A stretch of DNA of 63,804 bases, filler included, from Dimorphilus gyrociliatus (Eukaryota > Animalia > Annelida), in NCBI GenBank assembly GCA_904063045.1. It is 4 parts of 4 records of this genome, joined end to end, with 100 filler letters (N's around TTAATTAATTAA, not from the genome) between each part and the next. Parts side by side here need not be neighbours in the genome. Positions count along the whole stretch, not along the records: positions 20,937 to 42,574 come from CAJFCJ010000124.1; positions 42,675 to 56,832 come from CAJFCJ010000074.1; 2 more parts are not named here. One strand, given 5' to 3'. The translations under genes were made by a program, and so were the position numbers. Within the stretch, counting starts at the first letter, position 1. Every line of letters begins with the position of its first letter. Below the pieces are notes generated by a model. The model did no database searches, was not told where the DNA came from, and was given only the letters and a program-made list of their open reading frames with translations. Of the stretch, positions 36,547-49,100 are shown piece by piece.

Positions 36547-37678
36547 AGAAAAAATTAAAAACATTTCTTGAGATTTTGGTATTTCAAAAAAATAATCAAA
36601 TTGAAAAATAAGATTTTCTTTTGAATAAATATTCTAATTTCATTAAATCTTTGTGGACTTTTTTTTATTTTGTAAAGTAAATTTAGATATTATATTTTAA
36701 ATCAAGATTGGTCTTTATTCTTATTCTTACCACAAAATAATCAACAGATCCAGTTTTCCAATGAGTTTAACATTTCATAATTTGAAAATATCAACAAAGT
36801 ATTGTTGAAATGTACTTCTTACCTGAATATTTAGACATTTCTTTTACAAGTTTCAATCCTTTTTTCCATGATCTGTAAAAAATGATAATTTTTAAGCAAA
36901 GACAAGATTAAACATTGAATTTGGAAACCAGATAGTGGGTCTGTGTTTGCTTTTAGCCAGCAGGGCCAATAATGACGTTGAAGGGTGGCATAAGAGAATA
37001 TATGAAAAGACAATTGCAAAAATGGTCATTTTGTATGCTCATAGACACTTTAAAACAGTAATTGATTCTTATTCCAGTTGTTGAGAAACTGTTATGAGAA
37101 AAAAAACTGATGAACTATCAGAAAAATAGTGTGATCCAGATGCAGAACAAAAAATTTACAGTTAGAGATGAGTATAATTTGGGAACGATTACCTGTGCTG
37201 TTCTTATGCATAAGATTGCATTAGTTTATATAGAATAATTAATAATGTCTTTTTTATGTTTTGTTGTTTTTTACTTATAGTAAACTTACATCCTTCTTTA
37301 TTGAAGATTTCTTTTAGATTAAAAAAATGGAGGAACATACTGTTATCTAATATTTAAGTACTTCATATTTTATTCAATGTGTATCAACAGCCATTATTAA
37401 TAAATTTGATATAAGTATATTTAATTTTTGATTAAAAATCATGAAACAAATGCAATAAAAATTAAAGACAGAACAAAAGACATTAAAATTAAGGATTCAC
37501 ATTAAAGTTAAATGATTTATACGTCTTTTTGTGGATTTACTGTTACAGCTGGAGTTCTTTGACTTATCAGCAATATTTACCAATTTTCCATATAAATAAT
37601 TGGGTGAAAAGGAATAAAAAAGTGAAAATTTTCTCAATAGGAATACTTTACTTTCTTTAAGTTTCCACCATATATACA

Positions 37679-37885
37679 GGATGTGGTAGAAAACGGCCAT
37701 AAATCTATGGTTTTACCCTAACCCTAACCCAGCCCTTGTTTTTGCCTAACCTTTTTGAATACCCCTAACCCTTAGATGGGACCCTCCTAAGAACATATCA
37801 ACAGTTATCTTATTCCTCCTAACCATTTCCCAGGCTGAAATCTAACTTTCAAATATTTCATTTATGGCCGTTTTCGACCGGTCCC
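37679..37885 (+). repeat. TAACCC-rich MITE-like element, full copy with terminal inverted repeats
   Basis: Left gtagaaacggccataaat, right atttatggccgttttcgac; internal ccctaaccctaaccc. Confidence 0.7.
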
Positions 37886-39207
37886 ATATATACAGTATAT
37901 GAATGTAATAATCAACAAAAAAGTAAAGAGTTTTAAGAAAGCATCAAACAGCTTTTTTTTAATTACTACATGGAAGAAAAAATGTAGAATTAAAAAAAAG
38001 GAAAATCCTTTATTAATATATAAGTTTTGCTCCAAAGCTTCTTCTTTTAAAGATGAAAAAGTGATCTGATATCATTATTACAAATACTTCTTAGTTCTCT
38101 CCTAGCCTTTATACTTGTTATTAAATGTACTTCGTTGTATTGTAGTTGTTGGTATTTTTGGCTCTTTACAACAGTTATCGTCATTTCCCAATTTGTCAAA
38201 GTACTCTCACAAATAGAACCTCAACTTCCTGCACAAATTACAACCTTTCAGAAAGAATTCGGTTTAAAAAAATAAAAAAAAAGCACTGTATTAAAAAAAG
38301 TCCAGAGTTTTGACAATAGAATATGTATTGAGTAAATGAGTTCCAATCTAATAGTACAGTTTAGTCTACATTTAGAGATTATACAAACTTTGGAAATTAA
38401 TTTCCTTTCTAATTCTAATTCCTATAAAATAGAAGTTATTCTAAAGTTCCTTTATATTTAAGTCTAAATATCAACATTTCATCATTTCTAAGTGTCCATT
38501 AAACTCTTCCTGCTTTCATTGTTATGATTTATATGACTTAAGAAAAATGTATTTCCTCTTTGTTAGATTGTGGCAGGACAATGAATTTTTTATTTCAGAC
38601 AGAGCATCTCAAATTTAATTTGCTAACTCTTATAGTTAAAAAAAATAAAGTTTCTCACTTTAGATATATATTTTTTCTACTTTTTTAAACAATTAAAACG
38701 GTCACTTTTGCAAAAAAGGGACAAGTTTTCCCAAAAAGAGAACGACTTTTCACAGGGACGAGTTTTTCTGTTCCCATGAAATTATTATTATGAGTGTTTT
38801 CAACTGCCCCGTTATTTATTATGCAGCTAACTTGAAAAATATACTAAAACACTTTAAAATGTTAACTTTTTCCTGACTGTTGGTCAGCTATCTCTGCTAA
38901 GGAATTTATTGAGTTTTTAAAATGACTACTTTTATATCCATTTTTTGCATTGTCAATTGATCGAAAAAAGTACAAAGTTGCAAAAGACAAAAAAAAAGAC
39001 CTCAGTGACTTTTCAAATAAATTGTTAATTCTTATTAGAATTAATTGAATGTAAGAAAAAAAGAAAGCTCTAAACTATAGAAATATTTATATAGGCTTAT
39101 AATATTTATCTTTATAATATTTATCTTTTTATCTATACTTGATACTAACAATATTGATAGGTTTTCAAAATTATTGCTTATCAGCTCTAAAAGATATATT
39201 ACAAAGG

Positions 39208-39297
39208 GGGCCGACAGAAAACGTCCCCAAATGAGATTTTTGAAAGCAACATTTGGGATTGAAAAATGGTTAGGAGGGGTAAAGTAGCTTTTGATTT
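39208..39297 (-). repeat. TAACCC-rich MITE-like family, truncated inverted copy
   Basis: Reverse complement of ~35560-35652. Confidence 0.7.
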
Positions 39298-39867
39298 CTA
39301 TACAGGTCAATTGTATGAGATCTACACTTTTTTCCCATAAATGGAAGGGATTGAAAAAAATCCTAAATAGTTTGATTTTTGTGTTACACTTTGTTAATGA
39401 ATGTTCAAATGATAGTTATATTATAAATAAATCAAAGAAAATCTTTTACAACATTAAGAATGGTGACTCAGCTCCTTCTAAGCCTTGTATTGAGGCATAC
39501 TCCACAATCATTGATTGTTATAGTTACAAGTCAATTGAACAATTTGTTATATTTTAACAGTTTTAAACTATGTTACTAAACACAAAATTATTGCAATCTG
39601 AGTTAAAACCTGCAAATGAAAACACAACAACTTTGACTAAATTATATTTCAGTTAATCATCTCAAAAGTTCAACTTTCATTATGAGTTGAGGTTTGGCCC
39701 AGGTATAATTCAATTAGCACCTAAATGTTGGATTTTGTCACATCCTGTTACTAAAGATAAGCATGAACTAGACATTTCACCAACTGAAAGTTATGATTGG
39801 ATGTTAGAAACCAACTTCAGGTTTTATAAATATATTTTGAAAGTAAAACAAAATGTGTAATTTTTCC

Positions 39868-40074
39868 GGGGCTGTTGAAAACGCCCATTTTGCAGTTATT
39901 TTCGGGTGAGATTTTGAGTTGAGAAAGGGTTAGGAAAAATATTCCAACAATTGATTTGTAATTAGGTGGGTCCAAACTAAGGGTTAGGAGCAATGAAGCG
40001 CTTAAAAAAGGGTCCAGGGCTGGGTTAGGGCTAGGGTAAAACGGCAAAACTGTGGGCGTTTTTCAACAACATCC
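39868..40074 (-). repeat. TAACCC-rich MITE-like element, full copy with terminal inverted repeats
   Basis: gttgaaaacgccca (39874) / tgggcgtttttcaac (40053). Shares the GGATGTKGTWGAAA end and internal layout with 37679-37885. Confidence 0.7.
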
Positions 40075-41326
40075 AATTTTTCCTATACCTTAAAAGTAAA
40101 GGAAAAATCCAACACACCTATAATCCTAGGTTGAGTTGTAACCTGAAACAAAGCCTAATCATTATCAGATAATAAGAAAGTCTTGAGGTTAAAATTGATG
40201 AAGTTTAAAAATATTTATTATCTGAAAAAAATGAATATTCTCTAATTGTTAAGATTATCATATTAGAAATGTGTCATAGGTTAAAAACAAAGCACATAAA
40301 ATTTGTTGGTCTAAGCAGAGACATGTCAGTGGATATGTGCATTGCATTGGGAGTAGCACTTGACTAGAAATGAAATAGATACTAATAGTTTCAGACCTCC
40401 TATTTACTGTACAAATTCGTGCATTATATAGAGTAGTTCAATGTTATATTTTATTAGATACATGATGTCAAACAAATTTGGTAGTTTACCAGAACTTTTG
40501 AATGTAAAATAAATACATTTTTAAGATTTCATTTTTTAATTCATATAAAAAGGATAATCATCAAGGTATAAATTATAAGAAAAATAGGATAATAAGAACA
40601 ACCAGCACCGTTTATAGCAATTGTTTGGTAAATTTACGATCTCAGTTGAATTCATTGAATTGTCACTAGCTGCAAATAAATAGCTGTCAGTTTTATAGTA
40701 AAAACCTAACCATGATATATCTTTTCCATTTTCACTTCCAATGAGATTTGAGGAAAAAAGACGTTGCTAGATATATGGGTTATAAAATCTATTTAGTATG
40801 AACAATCCAGCGCTAGTTGTAGTATCAGTTTTAACACTTGAATCATCATATTTGGCCAAACTAATTCTTGTTCCTGTATTGTAAAGTATTAGTGAAGTTC
40901 TACTATCGTTTCTAAGTGATGCAGCTATTGAAAAGAAGTACATTCCAGATTGCTTAATTCTTAAAGATTATCTGATTTATCTTAACATTTAAACCATCCT
41001 TATATTTTCTGTTCTAATCAATTACCTAACCAGATTTTAGTTTAGAAGAAAAAACTAAATATTTTCTGAAATCATTTGTTCAATCAACATATATTTTTCG
41101 ATTCATTGCGCGCAAAGATCCTCTCTCGGGATAGCAATTGAGTATTTACACAAAAGATGTATATCTCTCAATGGAAAAATTGATTCTCAATATTTAATTT
41201 GTGAAGTAAAATTTATTTTCAAAGAATAGTCAGCGTATGATCATTTTAAAGTGAATTGTTAAGTATTAAAGAAGACAAATAGTGTAATTAGGGTTCAGAA
41301 TTCTATCATGAGTATGAAAATTACCT

Positions 41327-41415
41327 CTATAATCCTTAATAATCTAAATAATCTATAATCCTTAATAATCTAAATAATCTATAATCCTTAATAATCTAAA
41401 TAATCTATAATCCTT
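41327..41415. repeat. 26-bp minisatellite, ~3.4 copies
   Basis: ctataatccttaataatctaaataat at 41327, 41353, 41379 and partial at 41405. Confidence 0.9.
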
Positions 41416-42234
41416 TAATCTATTTCGAAGTTAATAGCAGTACAAAAATCAGTTATAGTAGAAGACATCAATTTAAAAATATTATTAAATAAAAACCAAA
41501 AATGTAGCTATTTAAGACTTAGTAGTTATCTTGTATGGTAATGTGTTGTTCATAATTTAGTAATACAGTGCTGGCCAAGAAGTTCTTGATACATTTGCTT
41601 TTTTCTACAGTATACAGATTATTACAGTATCATATTATGAGGCAAAACAGAATAGTTTATTGAAAATCAATGATCCAATGATTTACTTCCGGTCACTAAT
41701 TTCCAATTCTATTCCCTGTGATTAAAATAAATTAAATATCCTTCAGACAATCCCAGGAAGGTTTAGTAAACTCTTCTACTCTACACAAAAGTCACACAGG
41801 CCGATTAAAAGTTTAAAGATAAAATATATTGGAAAGTTAAACTACTTTTTAAAGCTATTGACTTGTTTTTGAGCTATAATTAATCTATTTTTAGATTAAG
41901 AAATGTGTCATAGTTCACAAACAAGGCACATGAAATTATAATTATTATCTCTGTTTTTGTGCGCTTAGAAGAGATAATATATTTGACTGAATAACCTGTG
42001 AAAATTTCACAAAAAAATCCGTAATACACAATTATTAACCTTTCCTTTCATTTTCGTTATCAGATAATGAATGTATCAGGGGTTAGATGCCTAGGCCTAA
42101 TATTTATCAATATCCCTAGTTTTTTCTTGTTAAACACACCGATAAGTAAAGTGTATATAAAAGCTCAATTTTTGAAAACGTTTAATTATTTGATGTGAAG
42201 AGAAAACTAAAAGTTTATTTTACGAATTTGAAAT

Positions 42235-42574
42235 ATGACAGAATCAGAACCAATTGGTTTTACTGGTGAATGCCATCCTGAAATATTTACAAAACCACCT
42301 AAAAATGCGAAAAAAGGTGGACAATTGACAAAAGAACAAGTTGATTTCTTTTTCAGGGAAGGTTATTTGATTATAGACAAACTATTTGACATTGAAAATG
42401 AAATTAATCCTTGTTTGAAAGCTATGGACTCTATTGTGGAGAATTGTGCAAATATTCTTTATAAAGCTGGAAAAATTACGAATAAACATGAAGATAAAGG
42501 TTCTCATGAACGTTTAACTTATTTATCAAAAGAATATCCCGATGCTGATGTTATCGCTTATAAATTTGGTGGTT
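42235..42574 (+). CDS. Phytanoyl-CoA dioxygenase (PhyH) family protein, N-terminal part, cut by the contig end
   Basis: GQLTKEQVDFFFREGYLIIDKLF motif followed by LYKAGKI...RLT.L..EYP.A. Confidence 0.7.
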
Positions 42575-42674
42575 NNNNNNNNNNNNNNNNNNNNNNNNNN
42601 NNNNNNNNNNNNNNNNNNTTAATTAATTAANNNNNNNNNNNNNNNNNNNNNNNNNNNNNNNNNNNNNNNNNNNN
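42575..42674. other. Artificial contig-joining spacer
   Basis: Same 100-bp structure. Confidence 0.97.
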
Positions 42675-44383
42675 AAATTTAGTAATTGCTATTTTAAAAA
42701 AGTGCAACATCACAAAATTTGTAGCAAAATCAAAAGATAAACCAAAATTGTTGCAATATTTAGATCTTTCATTTAATCTAATAAGAAATATGGATTTTTT
42801 GCATACTTTTGACTTCAATCTGCTGAGATATTTAGATATGTCATACACCAAAATAGAAGCATTTCATTCAAGTTCAAAATTCAATCTGTTAAGGTTAAAG
42901 ATATTGAAAATAACAAATTGTAGGCTTAAAGCAATCACAGATGATTTTTTCAATCAATTGACACAATTGACAGAATTGCATTTAAATAACACAAATTTTC
43001 CATCAAATTCTTTACAGTTAGTAGTGAAAAGTTTAAGTAGTTTAAAAAAATTATTCAGTTTAACATTTAATTTATGTTGTCTAGTCTGGAATAAATTTGA
43101 TAATGAAATTATTTGTTTGCCAAAACCACCTGTTTTTCAAACGTGCACAAACCTATTGGCAAATAATACAATTCGATTACTTTTTTGGTTTACAGGAGTG
43201 TTTGGATTTATAGGAAATACTTTGTCATTAATCACTGTGTTTTGGAGTTTTACATCTAAACAATCACGTAATTACTATCAGTTAACACTAATTTTTGGAG
43301 ATTTCGTTGTATCTCTATACTTTTTGATAATTGCTCAAATTGATTTATATTTTAAACACAACTACCTCCACAAGGATATCAGTTGGAGATATGGTTTTCC
43401 CTGTAAACTATTGGGAAGTTTGCTTACATTTGGATTGTTACTCTCCTCAATTAGTGTTGTGGTGTTTAGTTTAGAAAGAAAGTATATTACTCAAAATTTT
43501 GGTGAATCGGTGTTTAAGAACAGGAAATTGGATATTTCCATATTTATTACTATTAAATCAGTAATACTGTCACTTACTCCTTCATTTTTATATCCAGTAA
43601 GATAGAAAAAGAGGATGCAGGACAAGACATCCCCTATTTTGCATTTTTACCCTAACCCTAATGAAATGAAATGATTTCTAGGACTAATTTCACTTTTAGT
43701 AAATTTGAATATAAAAAATGACATTTATGCATTAATTGTCATTATATTTTTACCAATCAATTCTGCTGTTAACCCTATAGCCTTTCTCTGTGGCATATTC
43801 TCTCATGGAAGGAAAATTTCTAAACTTTATAAGTTTATAGTTATAAATAAGTTGTAAAAATTAATTATTCTTTATTTTTTAATACAATTAGAAAACATTT
43901 ACAAGAACTTGAGATTTTGGAATGTTCCCAAAGCTGTATGCTTTTCTCTTTATTAGTTTTTGTGATTTCAATATTTAACTCTCAGCAAAATTTTCCTTCT
44001 AGTACTTTCGTATTTTAAAGATTGTAAAGAGCATAGTATTTGCCATACAGTTTTACAGAATTCTGACAAACTACAAATAGCTGAACATTTTTTTAGGAAT
44101 GCCAAATATTTTTATATATTACAATCACTTTTAAAGTCTATTGCCTTTATGCACAGCAAGAATGTTTGCTTTAATGGAAGTTTGTCAAATGGCAGCATCT
44201 ATTATGGGGTTAGGTTCAAAGGATTGCATTTGTAAGCAAATAAAAAAAATGATTTTTTTAAAACAGGATGGAAAAACAAGGCTATGTATTTCAATTGAAA
44301 AGCTGAGATATTTTAAAAGTGAGAAATTTGATGAAAATATTTTAGAATATGGAAAATTTTTGCGAAAAGTGCTGCAGATTTGA
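42675..44383 (+). pseudogene. GRL101/RXFP-like LRR-7TM receptor, 3' part; the TM5-6 exon is absent, downstream tail exons are open
   Basis: LRRs, LCCL...CLPKP..FQTC.NLL, TM1-4 (GN.L, GD, CKLLG, SLER). Intron 43597-43681 leads straight to TM7 (PINSAVNP) out of frame. Exons 43892-43935, 44003-44208 and 44267-44383 follow. Confidence 0.75.
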
Positions 44384-46113
44384 TCTGTTTTTGTGTAAAT
44401 ACTTTAAGTACATAAACCAATTTGTAGCTGTTTTGTTTAGTATAAAATGTTGAGTTTAATAAATATATTGAGATGACTATCTAAGTCAAAATGGTCTAGG
44501 AAAAAATCTTCAAAAGTAAATGTGCACTTAGACATAATGATATATGAATATTTAGACTTTAGATATAAAGGTACATGGAAAAGATTTGATATAAATATAA
44601 ACTAATGTGATCTAAAGGGACATTGAAAGAAGTTGTAAGATGTCACCAGTACTATTGTAACTTACAAACTTAAAAATTGGCCAAGGATTGGCAGTACAAT
44701 ATATAGGCCTACATAAAATATTCATTATAGCATATTTCGTTAATATGTATAATACAGTTAGGGATACCGATTCTGAATCCGTTTACAGAATTCACTTATC
44801 TCTTACAGTTCAAAAGTTATGACACCTTATATTTCCATCATGAATTTTATTATCATGAGCAGAGGGTGGAAGTTGAAAGAAATGAAATTACTGAAAATGA
44901 ACCTGAAGGTAATGTACAATAAATTGATACCAACTGTGAAATGTACAAAGTATTGAAAGAGAAAAATGCAGAATTATTTATTTTAAAAAACCTGACAAAA
45001 ATGCATAACTCTCATATTATTGGGGATAATACAGAAGCACAAAAACTGACTTTAAAAACTATAATGTCTGATCATCAACCAACTGCTAAAATAACTTTTA
45101 TTACTAATTGTTTTTTTAATATGAATGCTAAAGAAGTTAATTGTATTTTAAAGAGTTTATATTTTATATATTGTTTAAAAAACTCTGCTTAAAAAGAATT
45201 AGACAAGTTCTCCTCAGTTGGCAGATTGATTGGCAGATTGATTGGCAGTCATTGTTTTTTTTGCAAGAAATACCCTAAGCCACTTGGATTTATACCTTTT
45301 GAATTTTTAAAGGAAATTAAAAGGAATACTAATAAGATATTTCTAGAAAATAACTTCTTTCCAAAAAGAGTTGAAAGGTGTTTTCAAATTGCTAAAATTC
45401 AATTTATTGACTTTATGTTTAAATAATATAAAAAAGAAAAGAATTTGTCTTTTAAAATTTGCTAAACAGTTTTCAAAAAAATATTATAGAAGTTAAATGT
45501 ATTTTTTTTGCTTCCTATTTCTTATATATTGGCCTATGAAAATTTTGTTTCCTTGTATTATGAATTGATTATATTGCTCAATAATTTCATATCAAATTTT
45601 ATTTATGATACTCTTTATTCTCTGACACCATTCTGTTACATTTTCTCCCTTTTATACTTTGCTAGCATCACTTAACTGGCTGTTTGACTATGCTCAATAC
45701 ATCAAATTGGCCAGATCAATTCAAAATGCAAAAAAAACAATACTCATTTAAGCAAAGAAAATATTAAGGTGTTTATTGAAAAATAGTCCAAATAGTAGAA
45801 AGCAAAAGTAGAAAGGTTCTATTTGTTTAAATACTTTAGTGTGCTGATAAAATGATTGGATAAGACAAATACATTTTTAACATTCTCTGTTTCAATAAAA
45901 TACAAATTTAAGTTAATTTTATCAAGCAATAACCAGAAATATTAGTTATATACAGTTTTTAAACACAAGTGGGTTTTCTTTACAAGTAGCACTTTAAATA
46001 TGATATATATTCAAAAAAACCTAAAGAAATGAATTCCTTATTGGAAAACGCTCACCTCCGAAGTATAGAGAGATCGAAACTGTGGTAGGTTGAGTAGGTA
46101 GGAAAATATTGAA

Positions 46114-49100
46114 TTAGTTCAACATTGCTCGACATTGAAGAATTTTTCTTGTAAACTTTCCAAATTCTAGTAAATTATCCTGACATTTCCCTGCGTTTGA
46201 TAAACCAAGCGTTTCAGTAGACACAAACAACACCATTTCTCCATTCTGTTTGAAAATTGAATGATAAATAAATAAGAGAGAATATTTCAATATTTCTAAA
46301 CAATAAATTTTGCTATTCTCAATACAAATTTCTGACCTGGTAGCAGACATTTCCAAGTGACAGCTTGTCCTCAAGGTAAATACCTTTACTGTGCATAAAA
46401 GCCATAGATGTTATTATTGATTTTAATACATCAAAATAAATATATTTCTTATAAAAATTCTTATTTATATCAAATTTTTCTGAATTGTTTAAAATTGCAA
46501 CATACAAAGAAATTCCATAATTTCCACATTCGTGTACAAAAGTTAAAACTGTAGAAATAGAAAGACAAAAAACAAGGGATTTTAGTTCACTTATTAGGTA
46601 TGATCAAAAAGTTCTGCACGTCTTTTATTTATTTTTATAGTAGTTAAGTTATTTTAATAATTTTTTTTTATATTATAGCCTGTAGTCTACTCTAGAAAAA
46701 TTAACTATTCTATTCCTTAATAGTCCCCTCCATTGTTTATACATGTCTGCCATTTGGATGGAAGTAGATCTATCCCATTCAGATAAAAGGAGGATGGTTT
46801 TCTCATCAAAAATTCCTTGACATCTTTTTTTAGCTCCAACAAATCCATAATCAACTCCTCTGATATGATCTTTCAGTCATCCAAACAGGTAAAAATCAGC
46901 TGGGACCAAATCAGGGCTGTATGGGGGATGTGAACAGACAGACCATCCCTGATTTCTTATAAAATCAGTTGTGTACAGACTGGTATGGGGTCTGGCATAT
47001 CATGCTGTAAAATAATCTGTTTTCTAGCCCTTATCCCATGCAGTCTCCTCCTTAGCGTATTTAGGGTCTCCACATACTGAATGGAGTTGACTGTTTCACC
47101 ATAATCCATAAATTCAACATGGATTAATCCTGAATGGTCCCAGAAAACTGTGCACATTAGTTTTTCAGCTGATTTAGTCATTTTTAGCTTTTTTTCAGGT
47201 GGCAATGATGTGTGTTTGTAGGTTAGGGAAGCATTCTTTGCTTCAGGATCATAGAGATGAACCCAAGATTCATCCCCAGTTACTATTTTTTCTAAAAATG
47301 CTTCTTTTTCTGCCATGTGTCTATCAAGTAGTTCGATGCAATGGCTCACCCTTACCTCTTTTTGATCCTGATTAAGATCATAGGGGATCCATTTAGCACA
47401 AATTTTTCTGTACCCTAGCTCCTTAATCATCTTCTCAACAGCCTCTTGACCAATATCTTTTTTTTTGCAATTGCTCTCTGAGATGTGGTTCAATCTTCCC
47501 TGATAAGCCTATCAACTGATTTTTTATTTTGATCTGTTAGAGCTGTCTTTGGACAACCAGATCTTGGCAAGTCTTCAAGATTTTTTCCTCCTTTTTTTAT
47601 TTTAATAGCCCACCTTCTTACTGAAGATTCACTCAGAGTTTCATCCCCAAAATAGCTTTCTAACCTTGTGTAATATTCTTTGAAGAGACCTTCTCATGGA
47701 CTAAAAATGCAATAATTTTTCGCTGATCAGAACATGTAGACATGACCTGCTGTTGTTTGCACCGAAATAATTTTGTAATGGCTTGACAGAACCAAATGAA
47801 AGTTTACAGATTAAGTAATAGATTTGGAAAGAAGTGGCCATTTTAAAATTACAGCAAAATGTGCAGAACTTTTAGGTTGTACCTAATATATAACCTTTTT
47901 GACAGAATATAATTTATTTAAAAAGAATACCTTCTTGTTTAGCATTTATTATTTTCTCTTGTTGTAAAAGTTTCCTATTAAAAGCAAAAGATTGAATCAT
48001 TCATATAAAAAATATTTCTTCTTCGAAAAATTTACCTCCTAATTTTGGCTTTTCCTTTTGAATCAACAATATATTTTAACATTTCACCAGATAGAAATGC
48101 CACAGGATTAACAATAGAATTAATTGGTATGAATATTATAACAATTAGGGCATAAATATCATCTTTTATCTTGAAATTGATTAAAAATGATAATAATCCT
48201 AAATGTAAGTCAAACAACTATTCAAATGAGGAAATAGAAATGGGCAAAGTATTGGAACAGACCTAAACATGAAAATGGCATCCAACTTAAAAGGTTTGTT
48301 ATTACAATGATTATAACTGTCTTTGACAAACTTCTCTTGAAATTTTTATCAGAAGATATTTGATTTAAAACCACTCTACTCCTTTTAATAGTCATGAAGA
48401 TATGTACATAACAGACAAGTATTATAATACTAAATATTAGGATAAGGATACTAAATAGAAAAAAGGACAGGAACCAGCCTTCAGATTTGTCTTTCCTAAT
48501 GTAAATATTAAAGCAAATTGATGTTTTGGAAAAGAAATTCTAAAAAGCAGAAATTGTTTCAAAAACTAAAATAAATGACATCATTCAATAAGAGGGAAAT
48601 ATCTCTAAAAGTGTTCTTTGTTAAAGGTATATAGCCAATTGAATTGGAGACATTTTCCCCTTAATCTACTTGTATATTCCCTAACTGGATATAACAGTGA
48701 AGGTGTCATGGTCAACACAATAGTTGTGATGAGAATAGATACAACAAAATATATCTTCTTTTCTCTGAAAACTGTTCTACCAAAATTTTGAATGGCATAC
48801 TTTCTTTCCAAAGTTAAAAAAAGAATACTAATTGAAGAGAGTAGTAATCCAAATGTTACTACATTTCCCAATAGTTTACACTGACTACTATAACGCCAAT
48901 TGGGATCTTTGTAAAAGTAATTATTTTTAAAGTATCTATCAGCTGAAGAAATTGCCAATGTATAAAAAGATGTAAATAAATCTCCAACAATTAATGTTGT
49001 CTGGAATGAGCAGAGAAGTTTATTTAGATTGTTTTTATAAATTAAAACACCAAGTGATATTAAATTGCCTAGGCAACCAATAATTCCAGATAACCAGAAA

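Noticed and set aside
40600-40955. Possible C1q-like exon remnant on the minus strand (SGMYFFSIAA..., SWLGFYY)
   Set aside because: Short, interrupted by a stop/frameshift, and similarity too weak to support by eye.
41327-41415. Short tandem repeat as a CRISPR-like array
   Set aside because: No spacers; a simple AT-rich minisatellite in eukaryotic DNA.
44850-45426. Short ORFs between the two receptor genes
   Set aside because: No recognisable motifs or splice support; consistent with random AT-rich ORFs or unidentifiable relics.
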